53,660 bases of DNA from Eubacteriales bacterium (lineage in GTDB: Bacteria; Bacillota; Clostridia; Oscillospirales; CAG-272), in the NCBI GenBank assembly GCA_045613705.1, contig JAZLBM010000110.1, forward strand, positions 1 to 53,660. Reading direction: 5' to 3'. How positions within the stretch are numbered: the stretch's first letter is position 1; each line of letters begins with the position of its first letter. The notes under the pieces are model-generated. The model was not told where the DNA came from and did not search any database. It saw only the letters and a program-made list of their open reading frames with translations. The translations under genes were made by a program, and so were the position numbers. Shown piece after piece: positions 17,459 to 26,955 of the stretch.

Positions 17459-18832
17459 TCAATACTTGGAGAATGCGCAGAATGCGCGGTAGGTCTCGTA
17501 AACGTCAACCTTGGACACGATTTCGTAGGGGGCGTGCATAGAGATCACGGGAACACCGAGGTCCACGGTATCAATGTTATGCTTGGCAATGAACTTGGCA
17601 ACCGTTCCGCCGCCTCCAACGTCAACCTTACCAAGCTCACCGGTCTGCCAAAGAACGTTGTCCTTTGCCATTACGCCGCGGAGCCAGCCGATAAATTCGG
17701 GGTTCGCATCACTGGTACCGCCCTTGCCGCGAGAACCGGTATACTTCATAAGGATAGCACCGCAGGAAAGCATAGGCGCGTTACGACGCTCAAACACCTC
17801 TGCGAAGTTGGGATCGTATGCCGCGGAAACGTCAGCAGAGAGACACTTGGAGTTTGCGCGAACCTTGATGGGATCTACGCCGAGAGCGGTAGAGATGGAT
17901 GCGATCAGATCCAGAATCAGATCGGACGACATACCGGTGTTTCCATCGCTTCCGGTCTCTTCCTTGTCGGCAAGGATGCACATAAGGGAGTGCTCGCCGC
18001 CTGCGTTATCAAAGAGAGCGGTAAGTGCGGGATAAGCGCATACTCTGTCGTCGTGACCATAGGCACCGATCATAGAGCGATCAAGACCTACGTCGCGAGC
18101 CTTCATAGCAGGAACAACGCAAAGCTCGGCAGAAAGGAAATCTTCCTCTACAATGCCGTACTTTTCGTTGAGAAGCTTCATAACGTTCAGCTTAATGGCG
18201 TCCTCGCCTTCGCCGCAGGGGATGCTGCCAACGAGAACGTTCAGCTTTTCGGCGGGAATTGCCTCGCCCATAGGCTTCTTGTCATCGCCGTGTCCAAGGT
18301 GAGGAAGAAGATCGTTGATGTAAAGCAGAGGATCGGAATCATCCTCGCCAATGGTTACGTTAACAACCGTTCCGTCTGCCTTCACAACAACACCGTGAAG
18401 AGCCAAGGGGATCGTGACCCACTGATACTTGCGGATTCCGCCGTAGTAATGGGTCTTGAAGAAGCTCATGCCACCTTCCTGGTAAAGAGGACAGGGCTTG
18501 AGATCGATGCGGGGAGAGTCAACGTGCGCCGCAGAAATGCGGAAGCCGTTCTCAAGGCTTTCCTTACCGATCGTGAATACAAAAAGGTTCTTGTCGCGGT
18601 TGTTGTAATAGTACTTACCGCCAACCTCCAGCTCCATACCGAAGGAGTAGGGAACGAAGCCGTTCTTTTCAGCGTCGGCGATGGAGCGTGCAACAGCCTC
18701 GCGCTCGGTCTTGGAGTCGTCAAGGTATGCGGCGTAGCCCTTGGCATACTCAAAGGCAGCCTTCAGTTCTTCTTCGCCAAACTGCTCGTAAAAGTCCTTT
18801 TTCTTGTAAAAGAGAGTGTCCTTAAGTTCCAT
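17459..18832 (-). CDS. M18-family aminopeptidase
   Basis: 457 aa. AHVDSPRIDLKP, GHDDRVC and ISMHAPYE motifs are characteristic of aspartyl/M18 aminopeptidases. Confidence 0.85.
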   Translation of the reverse strand: MELKDTLFYKKKDFYEQFGEEELKAAFEYAKGYAAYLDDSKTEREAVARSIADAEKNGFVPYSFGMELEVGGKYYYNNRDKNLFVFTIGKESLENGFRISAAHVDSPRIDLKPCPLYQEGGMSFFKTHYYGGIRKYQWVTIPLALHGVVVKADGTVVNVTIGEDDSDPLLYINDLLPHLGHGDDKKPMGEAIPAEKLNVLVGSIPCGEGEDAIKLNVMKLLNEKYGIVEEDFLSAELCVVPAMKARDVGLDRSMIGAYGHDDRVCAYPALTALFDNAGGEHSLMCILADKEETGSDGNTGMSSDLILDLIASISTALGVDPIKVRANSKCLSADVSAAYDPNFAEVFERRNAPMLSCGAILMKYTGSRGKGGTSDANPEFIGWLRGVMAKDNVLWQTGELGKVDVGGGGTVAKFIAKHNIDTVDLGVPVISMHAPYEIVSKVDVYETYRAFCAFSKY

Positions 18833-18861
18833 GGTAATATATCCTTTCGCTTATATAAATT

Positions 18862-19470
18862 TTATACGTTGAGAAGTCCTTCTTTTTCAAGGATCTTTTT
18901 CATCTGTCCTATCATGTTTTCCGCTTCCGAATCGTTTGTTATCACATAATCCGAGCGTACGGCGTAATAGGAATCTTCTTTTTGCGCGGAAATTCTGGCT
19001 TTAGCCTGAGCATCCGTAATATTGTCGCGGGCGATGATCCTGGCAATGCGAAGTTCGCGGGGCGCCAGTACCGATACGCAGAAGTCGCAAAGCAGTTGGA
19101 AATCCGCCTCGAACAAAAGCGGCGCGTCGATGATTACCGCCAAAGCACCTTGACTCTTGAAAAGATCAATCTGTCGCAGAGTTTCAGCCTTTACGAACTT
19201 GTGAGTGATCTGATTCAACCGTTCGGCTTTGTGTTTGGTACGGTCGGAAAACACGATATTTCCAAGTGCTTTTCTATCAACGCCGTGGTTACCGTTGAGA
19301 ATCTCCTGTCCGAATTCCGAAACCAGCTCACGAACACAAGGAGAATCCTTTTCTATCAGCGCGTGATAAACCTTATCGGCATCAATCACGGGAAAGCCGA
19401 CCGATTCAAGGAAGCGTGCGCAATAACTTTTTCCGGCACCGCTGGGACCGGTGAGTCCAATGATCTTCAC
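18862..19470 (-). CDS. coaE: dephospho-CoA kinase
   Basis: 202 aa from GTG 19470. P-loop GLTGPSGAGKS directly follows the start. The GTG overlaps the TGA of the upstream gene (GTGA). Confidence 0.9.
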   Translation of the reverse strand: MKIIGLTGPSGAGKSYCARFLESVGFPVIDADKVYHALIEKDSPCVRELVSEFGQEILNGNHGVDRKALGNIVFSDRTKHKAERLNQITHKFVKAETLRQIDLFKSQGALAVIIDAPLLFEADFQLLCDFCVSVLAPRELRIARIIARDNITDAQAKARISAQKEDSYYAVRSDYVITNDSEAENMIGQMKKILEKEGLLNV

Positions 19471-20618
19471 GTTGCACCTCCGACGGTAACCCAGACACCG
19501 CTCTCGGCAGATCTGTACGCGGCATCCATAACGCGCTGAACGTGGGCGGCATCCGCAAAATCGGGAGCCGTCTGAGCACCGCAAGCAACGGCGTTCAAAA
19601 AGTTGTACATACTACCCACGTGGCCTCTTATCCAACCGGAAGGCGCCTTGGGGGCAGGAAACGTTCCGCCGGGGGCGGGATATCTTCCCACACATTCGAT
19701 TGCCGTGTAACCGCGCATGCCGCCAAGAGGAGGCTCCTCAAGGGTGTTGTCGTAGAAATACAGGAAATTCGGATCCATTAACGAAAAACGGATCGAGCCT
19801 TTTTCTCCAAAGATCTCAAAGGAAAGGTCATCGTTGGCACCGGCAACGATCTTGCTTGCCGAAATCGTACCCATGGCGCCGTTTTCCAGTTTCGCAAGCA
19901 TATAAAATGCTTCATCGGCATTGGCCTTTCGTATCGATCCGTCGCGGAAGGTTCTTTCCGGATATACCGTCTGCGTCATGGCGCACACGGAAGAAAACGA
20001 GCCGCAAAGATGATATATAAGGTCAATGACGTGAGATCCAAGGTCAAAGAGAACGCCGCCACCGCAAATATTTTTGTCCTGCTTCCAACCAATCGGGCGT
20101 TCGGGATGTAAAGCGCTACTGTGTAGATATCCGGCAGAGAAGGAAATGATGCGTCCGATCCGTCCTTCTTCCATCAGCTCCTTTGCGCGAAGAACAGGAG
20201 CCAAAAAACGGTTGTTGAACACAATATTGCAAATGCTTTGCGGCCTGTCGCAGGAAAGACGAAGAATTTCCTCGGCTTGTTCTGCGGATATGCAAAGCGG
20301 TTTTTCGCAATAGACGTGCTTTCCCGCAGAAATCGCTTTTTTCAGCGTCTCGTAATGGAAGCAGTTAGGGGTACATATATCGATAACGTCAACGTCTGGT
20401 GAAAAGATAAGATCGTCCTCGTTATCAGTCGCTATTTCGAAATTGTACTTCTCTGCGACCGCGCGCGACTTTTCGATCGTGGTGGTGCAAACGCCGACCA
20501 CCTTAGCCGAAAAGGGAAGCGACTCAAAGTAAAAAGGAAGATTGCTGATCGCATAGGAATGCGCCTTGCCCATACTTCCAAAACCAAGTAATCCAACACG
20601 AATCATTTTCTTTTGCAT
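19467..20618 (-). CDS. Gfo/Idh/MocA family oxidoreductase
   Basis: 383 aa from ATG 20618 (GGGAGGAG RBS). N-terminal Rossmann IRVGLLGFGSMGKAH and an EKP motif (YCEKPL). Confidence 0.85.
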   Translation of the reverse strand: MQKKMIRVGLLGFGSMGKAHSYAISNLPFYFESLPFSAKVVGVCTTTIEKSRAVAEKYNFEIATDNEDDLIFSPDVDVIDICTPNCFHYETLKKAISAGKHVYCEKPLCISAEQAEEILRLSCDRPQSICNIVFNNRFLAPVLRAKELMEEGRIGRIISFSAGYLHSSALHPERPIGWKQDKNICGGGVLFDLGSHVIDLIYHLCGSFSSVCAMTQTVYPERTFRDGSIRKANADEAFYMLAKLENGAMGTISASKIVAGANDDLSFEIFGEKGSIRFSLMDPNFLYFYDNTLEEPPLGGMRGYTAIECVGRYPAPGGTFPAPKAPSGWIRGHVGSMYNFLNAVACGAQTAPDFADAAHVQRVMDAAYRSAESGVWVTVGGAT

Positions 20619-20798
20619 ATGGCACACTCCTCCCTTATACATATTTATATTATTATACATCAAAACCATTATATTTTCAAGTGCTTTTTGCAGTATAAGC
20701 AAAAAAACTATATACAAAAAAGAAAAAGTATGATATAATAGAACTATCATTTAATATGGAGTATTATACGGAATTTTGCCAAGAAAGGACGCGAGATT

Positions 20799-21638
20799 AT
20801 GCCGGAATTCAATAACAACAAAAACAGAAGCAAAGACAAGAAATATTACGACCGCAAAAAGCCTATTGAACGCCAAAGCCCCTCCGTCGCAGAGGAAGAG
20901 GGATGTGGTGCGATCATCGGCAGAAATGCGGTAAGAGAGCTTCTTCGTTCGGGACGTTCCATAGATAAAATCATGGTAAAAAGAGGCGAGCACGAGGGTT
21001 CTATCACCGTGCTTGTTGCGGAAGCCATCGAAAGAGGCATCCCCGTTATCGAGGTGGATAAGTCCAAGCTGGATGCCGTGTCCGGTTTTGCTCCCCACCA
21101 GGGCATCATTGCTATGGCGGCGGAAAAGGATTATTCCTCGGTCGAGGATATCTTGGCAATCGCCGAAGAGCGCGGAGAAAAGCCCTTGATCGTTATTTCC
21201 GACGGCATCACCGACCCATATAACCTGGGGGCACTCATTCGTTGCGCCGAAGGTGTAGGCGCTCACGGTCTGATCATTCCCAAGCGCCGCGCCACGGGTC
21301 TTACCCCTCTTGTAACAAAAGCGTCCGCGGGAGCCATTGAGCATCTCGCTATCGCTAAGGTGTCCAATATTGCATCCACCATCGAGACGCTCAAGAAATA
21401 CGGAATCTGGATCTACGCCGCGGAGGCCGGCGGAACCAACTATTTTGATACCGATTTCACGGGCGGTTGCGCCATTGTATTCGGTAGCGAAGGAAACGGC
21501 GTATCCAAGCTGGTTACCGAAAGAAGTGATTTCATTACGTCCATCCCTATGTATGGAAAGGTAAATTCCTTTAACGTTTCTACCGCCGCCGCCGTCATTC
21601 TCGCGGAGGCGTCCCGTCAGCAACGATTTGGAAAATGA
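20799..21638 (+). CDS. rlmB: 23S rRNA (guanosine-2'-O)-methyltransferase, TrmH/SpoU group 3 (RlmB-like)
   Basis: 279 aa. Basic N-terminal tail, L30e-like domain, SpoU methylase motifs (DPYNLGALIRCAEG, VFGSEGNGVS, SFNVSTAAAV). Confidence 0.85.
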   Translation: MPEFNNNKNRSKDKKYYDRKKPIERQSPSVAEEEGCGAIIGRNAVRELLRSGRSIDKIMVKRGEHEGSITVLVAEAIERGIPVIEVDKSKLDAVSGFAPHQGIIAMAAEKDYSSVEDILAIAEERGEKPLIVISDGITDPYNLGALIRCAEGVGAHGLIIPKRRATGLTPLVTKASAGAIEHLAIAKVSNIASTIETLKKYGIWIYAAEAGGTNYFDTDFTGGCAIVFGSEGNGVSKLVTERSDFITSIPMYGKVNSFNVSTAAAVILAEASRQQRFGK

Positions 21639-21666
21639 TTTTAATCCCGGGAAAGGAGTTTGTCGT

Positions 21667-24357
21667 ATGAAACAAACCTCAGATACCCAAAACAATGAAC
21701 TCATAAATCGACTCCTCGAAAACGTTACGTCAAAGAACGTTGAAGAGCCCGTCGAAAAGAATAGCGGCGCGACGGCAAATATGCCCTCGGATCAGCTTTT
21801 GGAAATGCTCAGATTGCAAATGGGAAGTTCTTCTGTGAGCACGGAAAACGACGATCCCTCTGCAAACGATTATGATATCAGCGGCTTCGAAATTGAAGAT
21901 CAAACGGAAGACGAGATCTCTGATGAGGTATATACGGATGCCGAACAGGAGATATCCACCACCAGCACGCCGGAGGAAGACGCTTCTCAAAACGCTCCCG
22001 CAGATGAAGCCTTACAAGCAGAAGACGACGTTCCGTGGGAGGTTGATAATGAGCCTTCGGCGGAAATTGTGCAGGTAGAAACAGTGACAGAGAGCACCGA
22101 ACCGAACGTCGAAAGCGCAGAAGAACCGCTTCCGGATGAATTCGATCTTTCGCTTGAAGAAGCAGACGAATCTCAAGAGCAAGAGGCTTTGAAAAAGCAG
22201 ATCGAGCTTTTTGTTGAAAAGACGATCGATCCCGATGAAGTGTTCGATTATTTCGAGGGTCTCGAGAAAAAATCCGCCCGAATGAAAAAATCTGATGAAG
22301 AAATGAGTGCGACAAAGACGTCGGAAGCTGTATCGGATATTGACGAGCCCAAGGCTGTGATCGGCTCAGCTGACGCTTCTGTCCTTATCTCAACCGAAGA
22401 TTTGTCGAACGAAGAGCCCTGCACAACACCGGAGGCTACAAGGTTTTTCTTCTGTCGCGAGGCATCGTTGCCGGAGCCTTCGGAAGCTTGCGAGGAAACC
22501 AAGGCGATAGACGACACAGATATCAATCTGCTGCTGGCGTTGGGGCAAAAACGTTCCCTGGAGCAATCCATCGGCTTTGTTCGCGTAAGAGAAGCTAAAA
22601 ATAATTTCTACGACCCCACGGACGAAGAATCTCTTGGCAATCATATTTTCGCTTATAACGGCGAGGAGTTCAGAGATCCTCAACAAGCGGACGAAATCAA
22701 GACGCGCTACCGCAAGGAAAAAAAGGACTTATGGCTTCGCTTTGCGGGAACGGTTGTGCTTGGTTTGGCGGCACTTTTCGTAGAGCTTTTGCATAGTTCA
22801 AAGGCTTTGTCAACCATCCTGGGAGCCATCCTTGCCCGGGAAACCAACTATCGACTGATCAGCTTGTTGCTGCTTCTTGGCGGAATGCTGATCTCATCCA
22901 AGCGCATTATAGACGGCGTTCGAGGCTTCTTTACTATGCGCGCGAACCGATTCACCCCTCTTGCTATGATCGCGCTCACAAACCTGCTTTATGAAGCAAT
23001 CACGCTACTATTTTTCAAAGAACAGACCGCCTCTTTTTATACGTTCGCGCTCCTGGCGCTTTTGGCACTTTCCATTGTGGGGGACGCGATCCGCTTAACA
23101 AAGGAGACCCTTACCTTTGACATCGTTTCTTCTCCTAAGGAAAAGTATGCGCTCGAAAAGGCTGATCCCGCACCCGAAATGAGCAGAGAAGAGCGAATCT
23201 TGTCGAAGCGCGATCTACTGGTGGAAAACGTAAGCTTTGTAGGCAAATACTTTGCCAGAACCGCGAGACGCTCCGCGGCAAATACCGAATATTTCATCGA
23301 GTATTTGGTATCCATCGTAATCGCAAGCTTTGTTGCTATCGGCGCTGCCGCGATTCAAAAAGAATTGTCCGTAGCGCTCAACGCCTTTAATGCAACGCTT
23401 TTGATTGCTATGCCAATGCAATATCTGATCGGAAGTTATCCCTTCGGAAGACTGTCCAAGATCCTTTATCGACACGAAAGCGCCGTGATCGGCGAAGCGG
23501 TTGACAGAGAGTACGTTGGTGCCAATACCGTTTATCTGGATGACACCGAGGTGTTCGGTCTTCACGGCGTGTCGGTTTCCGGACTCAGAACCTATAACGA
23601 AGCAAACTTCTATGAGGTGCTTTACCATTCGTTTGCCGTTTTCTCTCGTATGGAAGGTCCTCTCCAGCACGTGTTTGACAACTCTGCAGAAGAGATCGAA
23701 CCGGCAAAGGACGTAGAACTGATCAAGATCCACGCGAATGGCATTGAAGCATTGGTAGACAATCAAGCAAGCGTGCTGATCGGAAACGCCGCGTTTATGA
23801 AGAGCAAAAACATGAGGCCCAAGCAAACGGAGGAGGACGAGCAGAAGATAGAAAACGGAGAAGCCTCCATCCTCTATATGGCTGTCGACGGCGTTCTTTG
23901 CGCTAAATTCTATATGAAATACAATATCACAAAGCGATTTGAAACGTTTGTGAGCGAGATGCACGACAACGCCACAAGCGTCGGTGTACGAACGCTGGAT
24001 CCCGGCGTATCCGAAGAGATGATCGCGCGCCTGAGAAAAGGAAAGGACATTGCGGTATCGGTCGTTCGCCCGACACTCAACGATCTGATCCCTATCGGAC
24101 GCCGCTCGGACAGCAGCATCATTACCGCAAAGAATTCCCATATGATCGCGCGCATTCTCGCTCTGTGTGGTCGTGTAAAGCGAATCAATCGTCTTTGCAC
24201 GTTATTGCGCATTGGTGCAATGGTGCTTTCGCTTGCGGCAATATGCATTCTTCTCTTCACGGGACTTTTGACGCGCATCCCCTCTGTTTTAATCGTTATC
24301 TATCATCTGCTGTGGCTGATTCCTTCTATCGCATACACAGCAACAAAACTGAAATAG
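21667..24357 (+). CDS. large membrane protein: acidic disordered N-terminus plus degenerate P-type-ATPase-like body
   Basis: 896 aa from ATG 21667 (GGAAAGGAG RBS). The first ~330 aa are extremely D/E-rich. Multiple TM helices follow. The cytoplasmic loop has LDDTE where P-type ATPases have DKTGT, and TLDPG where they have TGD. Confidence 0.7.
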   Translation: MKQTSDTQNNELINRLLENVTSKNVEEPVEKNSGATANMPSDQLLEMLRLQMGSSSVSTENDDPSANDYDISGFEIEDQTEDEISDEVYTDAEQEISTTSTPEEDASQNAPADEALQAEDDVPWEVDNEPSAEIVQVETVTESTEPNVESAEEPLPDEFDLSLEEADESQEQEALKKQIELFVEKTIDPDEVFDYFEGLEKKSARMKKSDEEMSATKTSEAVSDIDEPKAVIGSADASVLISTEDLSNEEPCTTPEATRFFFCREASLPEPSEACEETKAIDDTDINLLLALGQKRSLEQSIGFVRVREAKNNFYDPTDEESLGNHIFAYNGEEFRDPQQADEIKTRYRKEKKDLWLRFAGTVVLGLAALFVELLHSSKALSTILGAILARETNYRLISLLLLLGGMLISSKRIIDGVRGFFTMRANRFTPLAMIALTNLLYEAITLLFFKEQTASFYTFALLALLALSIVGDAIRLTKETLTFDIVSSPKEKYALEKADPAPEMSREERILSKRDLLVENVSFVGKYFARTARRSAANTEYFIEYLVSIVIASFVAIGAAAIQKELSVALNAFNATLLIAMPMQYLIGSYPFGRLSKILYRHESAVIGEAVDREYVGANTVYLDDTEVFGLHGVSVSGLRTYNEANFYEVLYHSFAVFSRMEGPLQHVFDNSAEEIEPAKDVELIKIHANGIEALVDNQASVLIGNAAFMKSKNMRPKQTEEDEQKIENGEASILYMAVDGVLCAKFYMKYNITKRFETFVSEMHDNATSVGVRTLDPGVSEEMIARLRKGKDIAVSVVRPTLNDLIPIGRRSDSSIITAKNSHMIARILALCGRVKRINRLCTLLRIGAMVLSLAAICILLFTGLLTRIPSVLIVIYHLLWLIPSIAYTATKLK

Positions 24358-24367
24358 GAAGTTACAC

Positions 24368-26221
24368 ATGAAAAATTACAGCTCCATTATGAAGTCGGTC
24401 GAAAAACCCGGACGGTATTCGGGCGGCGAATATAATCAGATCATTAAGGATAAAAATAAAGTAAAGGCAAGATGGGCCTTTTGCTTCCCGGATTCCTACG
24501 AGATCGGAATGTCCAACCTCGGTGTTCGCATCCTCTACGGCGTTTTGAATCAGGAAGAGGACATATGGTGCGAGCGCGTATACACCCCCTGGGTGGATAT
24601 GCAAGAGCAAATGAAAAAGCACAATCTTCCTCTCACCGCTCACGAAAGCAAAGATCCCCTTACCGAATTTGACATCGTAGGATTTACACTTCAGTACGAG
24701 ATGTCTTACACCAACGTGTTGAATATGCTGAAGTTGGCAGGTATTCCGCTTCGCGCGGCCGACCGTGGCGATGAATATCCCATTATCATCGGTGGCGGCC
24801 CCTGCGCTTACAATGCGGAGCCTGTTGCGGATTTCTTCGACTGCTTCTCCATTGGAGAGGGAGAAGAAATGCTTGTTGAGTTTACAAAGCTCTACATCAA
24901 GATGAAAGAGGAGGGAACCTATACCAAAAAGGCGTTCCTTCACGAGGCCGCTAAAACGGTAAGCGGAACCTACGTGCCCTCCTTCTATGACGTTTCGTAT
25001 AATGAAGATAACACCATTAAGGCATATACCCCTATCTATGACGATATCCCCACGCGCATTACTAAGCGCATTATCAAGAATATGGATAAGGTATATTTTC
25101 CCGACAAGGTAGTTATGCCCTATATTGAGACGGTACATGACAGAATTATGCTTGAGGTCTACCGCGGATGCATTCGCGGATGTCGCTTCTGTCAGGCGGG
25201 AATGGTGTACCGTCCCGTTCGTGAAAAATCGGCAGAGGTGCTTAACCGGCAAGCCCGTTGCCTTTATGAGTCCACCGGATATGAGGAGGTTTCTTTGACC
25301 TCGCTCTCCATCAGCGACTACACGGAGCTGGAATCTTTGACCGATAAACTTCTGTCCTGGACCGACGAGAATATGGTAAACCTCTCGTTGCCCTCGCTCC
25401 GTGTTGACAGTTTTACCAAGGAGCTTATGGATAAGGTGGCAAGCGTTCGTTCATCGTCGCTTACCTTTGCACCCGAAGCGGGAACGCAGCGCCTTCGTGA
25501 CGTTATCAACAAAAACGTGCGCGAGGACGATCTGCTTCGCGCGGTCAACGTAGCATTTGAGGCCGGAAAGAATCAAGTGAAACTCTACTTTATGATGGGT
25601 CTTCCCACTGAGCAGTTGAGCGACCTTGACGGCATTGCCGCGCTTGCCAAGAGTGTTGTGGATGCTTATTATCAAAATCCCAAGAGAAATAAAGCCCGAT
25701 CGCCTCAGGTAACCGTCAGTGTTTCCTGCTTCATCCCCAAGCCCTTCACCCCCTTCCAGTGGGAGCCTCAGGACACGAGAGAGCAGTTGCAAATGAAGCA
25801 AAAGTATCTGGCCGAGAAGATCACCGATCGCAAGGTCAGATACATTCATCACGATTCGGCAACCTCTCACATTGAGGCGGTTCTTGCGCGAGGCGACAGA
25901 CGCCTTTCCGCCGCCCTTGAGCTTGCTGCCGAGGAAGGCTTTATGTTCGATTCCTGGGATGAATTCTTCAATTATGAAAACTGGCTTTCTGTTTTTGAAA
26001 GAACGGGAATCGACCCCGCCTTTTACGCCAACCGCCGTTTTGGTTTTGATGAGGTCCTTCCTTGGGATATCATCGATTGTGGCGTAGATAAGAGCTTCTT
26101 CCGCCGCGAATGCGAAAAAGCATACGGCGAGAATACCACCCCCAATTGTCGCGAAAAGTGCAGTGGTTGTGGTGCCAATAAATTGGGAGGTGAACGTTCA
26201 TGTTGTCCCAAGAGCAAGTAA
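24368..26221 (+). CDS. B12-binding-domain radical SAM protein (TIGR03960-like)
   Basis: 617 aa. Radical SAM cluster motif CIRGCRFC (CxxxCxxC). The N-terminal half resembles a cobalamin-binding-like domain. Confidence 0.9.
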   Translation: MKNYSSIMKSVEKPGRYSGGEYNQIIKDKNKVKARWAFCFPDSYEIGMSNLGVRILYGVLNQEEDIWCERVYTPWVDMQEQMKKHNLPLTAHESKDPLTEFDIVGFTLQYEMSYTNVLNMLKLAGIPLRAADRGDEYPIIIGGGPCAYNAEPVADFFDCFSIGEGEEMLVEFTKLYIKMKEEGTYTKKAFLHEAAKTVSGTYVPSFYDVSYNEDNTIKAYTPIYDDIPTRITKRIIKNMDKVYFPDKVVMPYIETVHDRIMLEVYRGCIRGCRFCQAGMVYRPVREKSAEVLNRQARCLYESTGYEEVSLTSLSISDYTELESLTDKLLSWTDENMVNLSLPSLRVDSFTKELMDKVASVRSSSLTFAPEAGTQRLRDVINKNVREDDLLRAVNVAFEAGKNQVKLYFMMGLPTEQLSDLDGIAALAKSVVDAYYQNPKRNKARSPQVTVSVSCFIPKPFTPFQWEPQDTREQLQMKQKYLAEKITDRKVRYIHHDSATSHIEAVLARGDRRLSAALELAAEEGFMFDSWDEFFNYENWLSVFERTGIDPAFYANRRFGFDEVLPWDIIDCGVDKSFFRRECEKAYGENTTPNCREKCSGCGANKLGGERSCCPKSK

Positions 26222-26934
26222 AAGCATGTTATCGCCGCAAGGAATGGCCGCTTCTGGAGGCACCCGTCAACGTAAGAGTGAAATTCCAAAAGATAGGCGA
26301 CCTTCAGTACATTTCCCATTTGGATCTTCAACGTACGCTTCACAGAATTCTTGTGAGAGCAGGAATTCCGATGTGGTATACCAAGGGCTTCAACCCTCAC
26401 GCAAAGATCGTCTTCTCGTCGCCTCTTTCTGTTGGTGCGCAAAGTGTTTGCGAGATGGTTGACATCCGTATCGACAGAGATATGCCTTGTGAAACGATTA
26501 AGGAGCTCTTGAATCGCGAGGTTACCGACGAGTTAAGAATTCTTGACGTATACGTTGCTGAAACCAAGTTCTCGGACATTGCGTGGGGCGCGTATGAGAT
26601 CGACATCCACGAGGAGGGAATTGCAAGCAAGGCGAGCTCCATTATGGCAATCACAAGCGAGCCCGAGCTTCCGGCCACGAAAAAGACAAAGTCGGGAGAG
26701 AAGGAAATCGATATTCTCCCCTTGATCCGTTCTATTACTACAGAGACCAACGAGGACGAGGACTATGTAAAAATCAAAACCGTCTTGAGTCTCGGATCTG
26801 ACAGTTATCTTAACCCCGAGCTCTTGCTTACTGTTTTGAAGCAGAAGACAGGAATCCTTGCCTCCGAAGACGCTTGGTATTCCATTATGCGAACCGCCTC
26901 CTTTATCGAGGACGGTATCACCGAATTCAGATAA
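26200..26934 (+). CDS. radical SAM-associated DUF2344 protein (TIGR03936-like)
   Basis: 244 aa. FQKIGDLQYISHLDLQRTLHRILVRAGIP is typical of this family. GGGAGGTG RBS. Overlaps the radical SAM gene by 22 nt. Confidence 0.8.
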   Translation: MLSQEQVKACYRRKEWPLLEAPVNVRVKFQKIGDLQYISHLDLQRTLHRILVRAGIPMWYTKGFNPHAKIVFSSPLSVGAQSVCEMVDIRIDRDMPCETIKELLNREVTDELRILDVYVAETKFSDIAWGAYEIDIHEEGIASKASSIMAITSEPELPATKKTKSGEKEIDILPLIRSITTETNEDEDYVKIKTVLSLGSDSYLNPELLLTVLKQKTGILASEDAWYSIMRTASFIEDGITEFR

Positions 26935-26955
26935 AATTCAAGAAAGGAAGTTGTT

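Noticed and set aside
17453-18949. 498-aa plus-strand ORF
   Set aside because: It is a codon-aligned antisense shadow of the M18 aminopeptidase gene, with no recognisable family or RBS.
21628-21666. Upstream ATG (21628) for the large acidic membrane protein, overlapping the rlmB end
   Set aside because: ATG 21667 is preceded by GGAAAGGAG at good spacing, whereas 21628 has no RBS and would overlap rlmB by 11 nt.
20751-21704. 317-aa minus-strand ORF
   Set aside because: It is an antisense shadow of rlmB.
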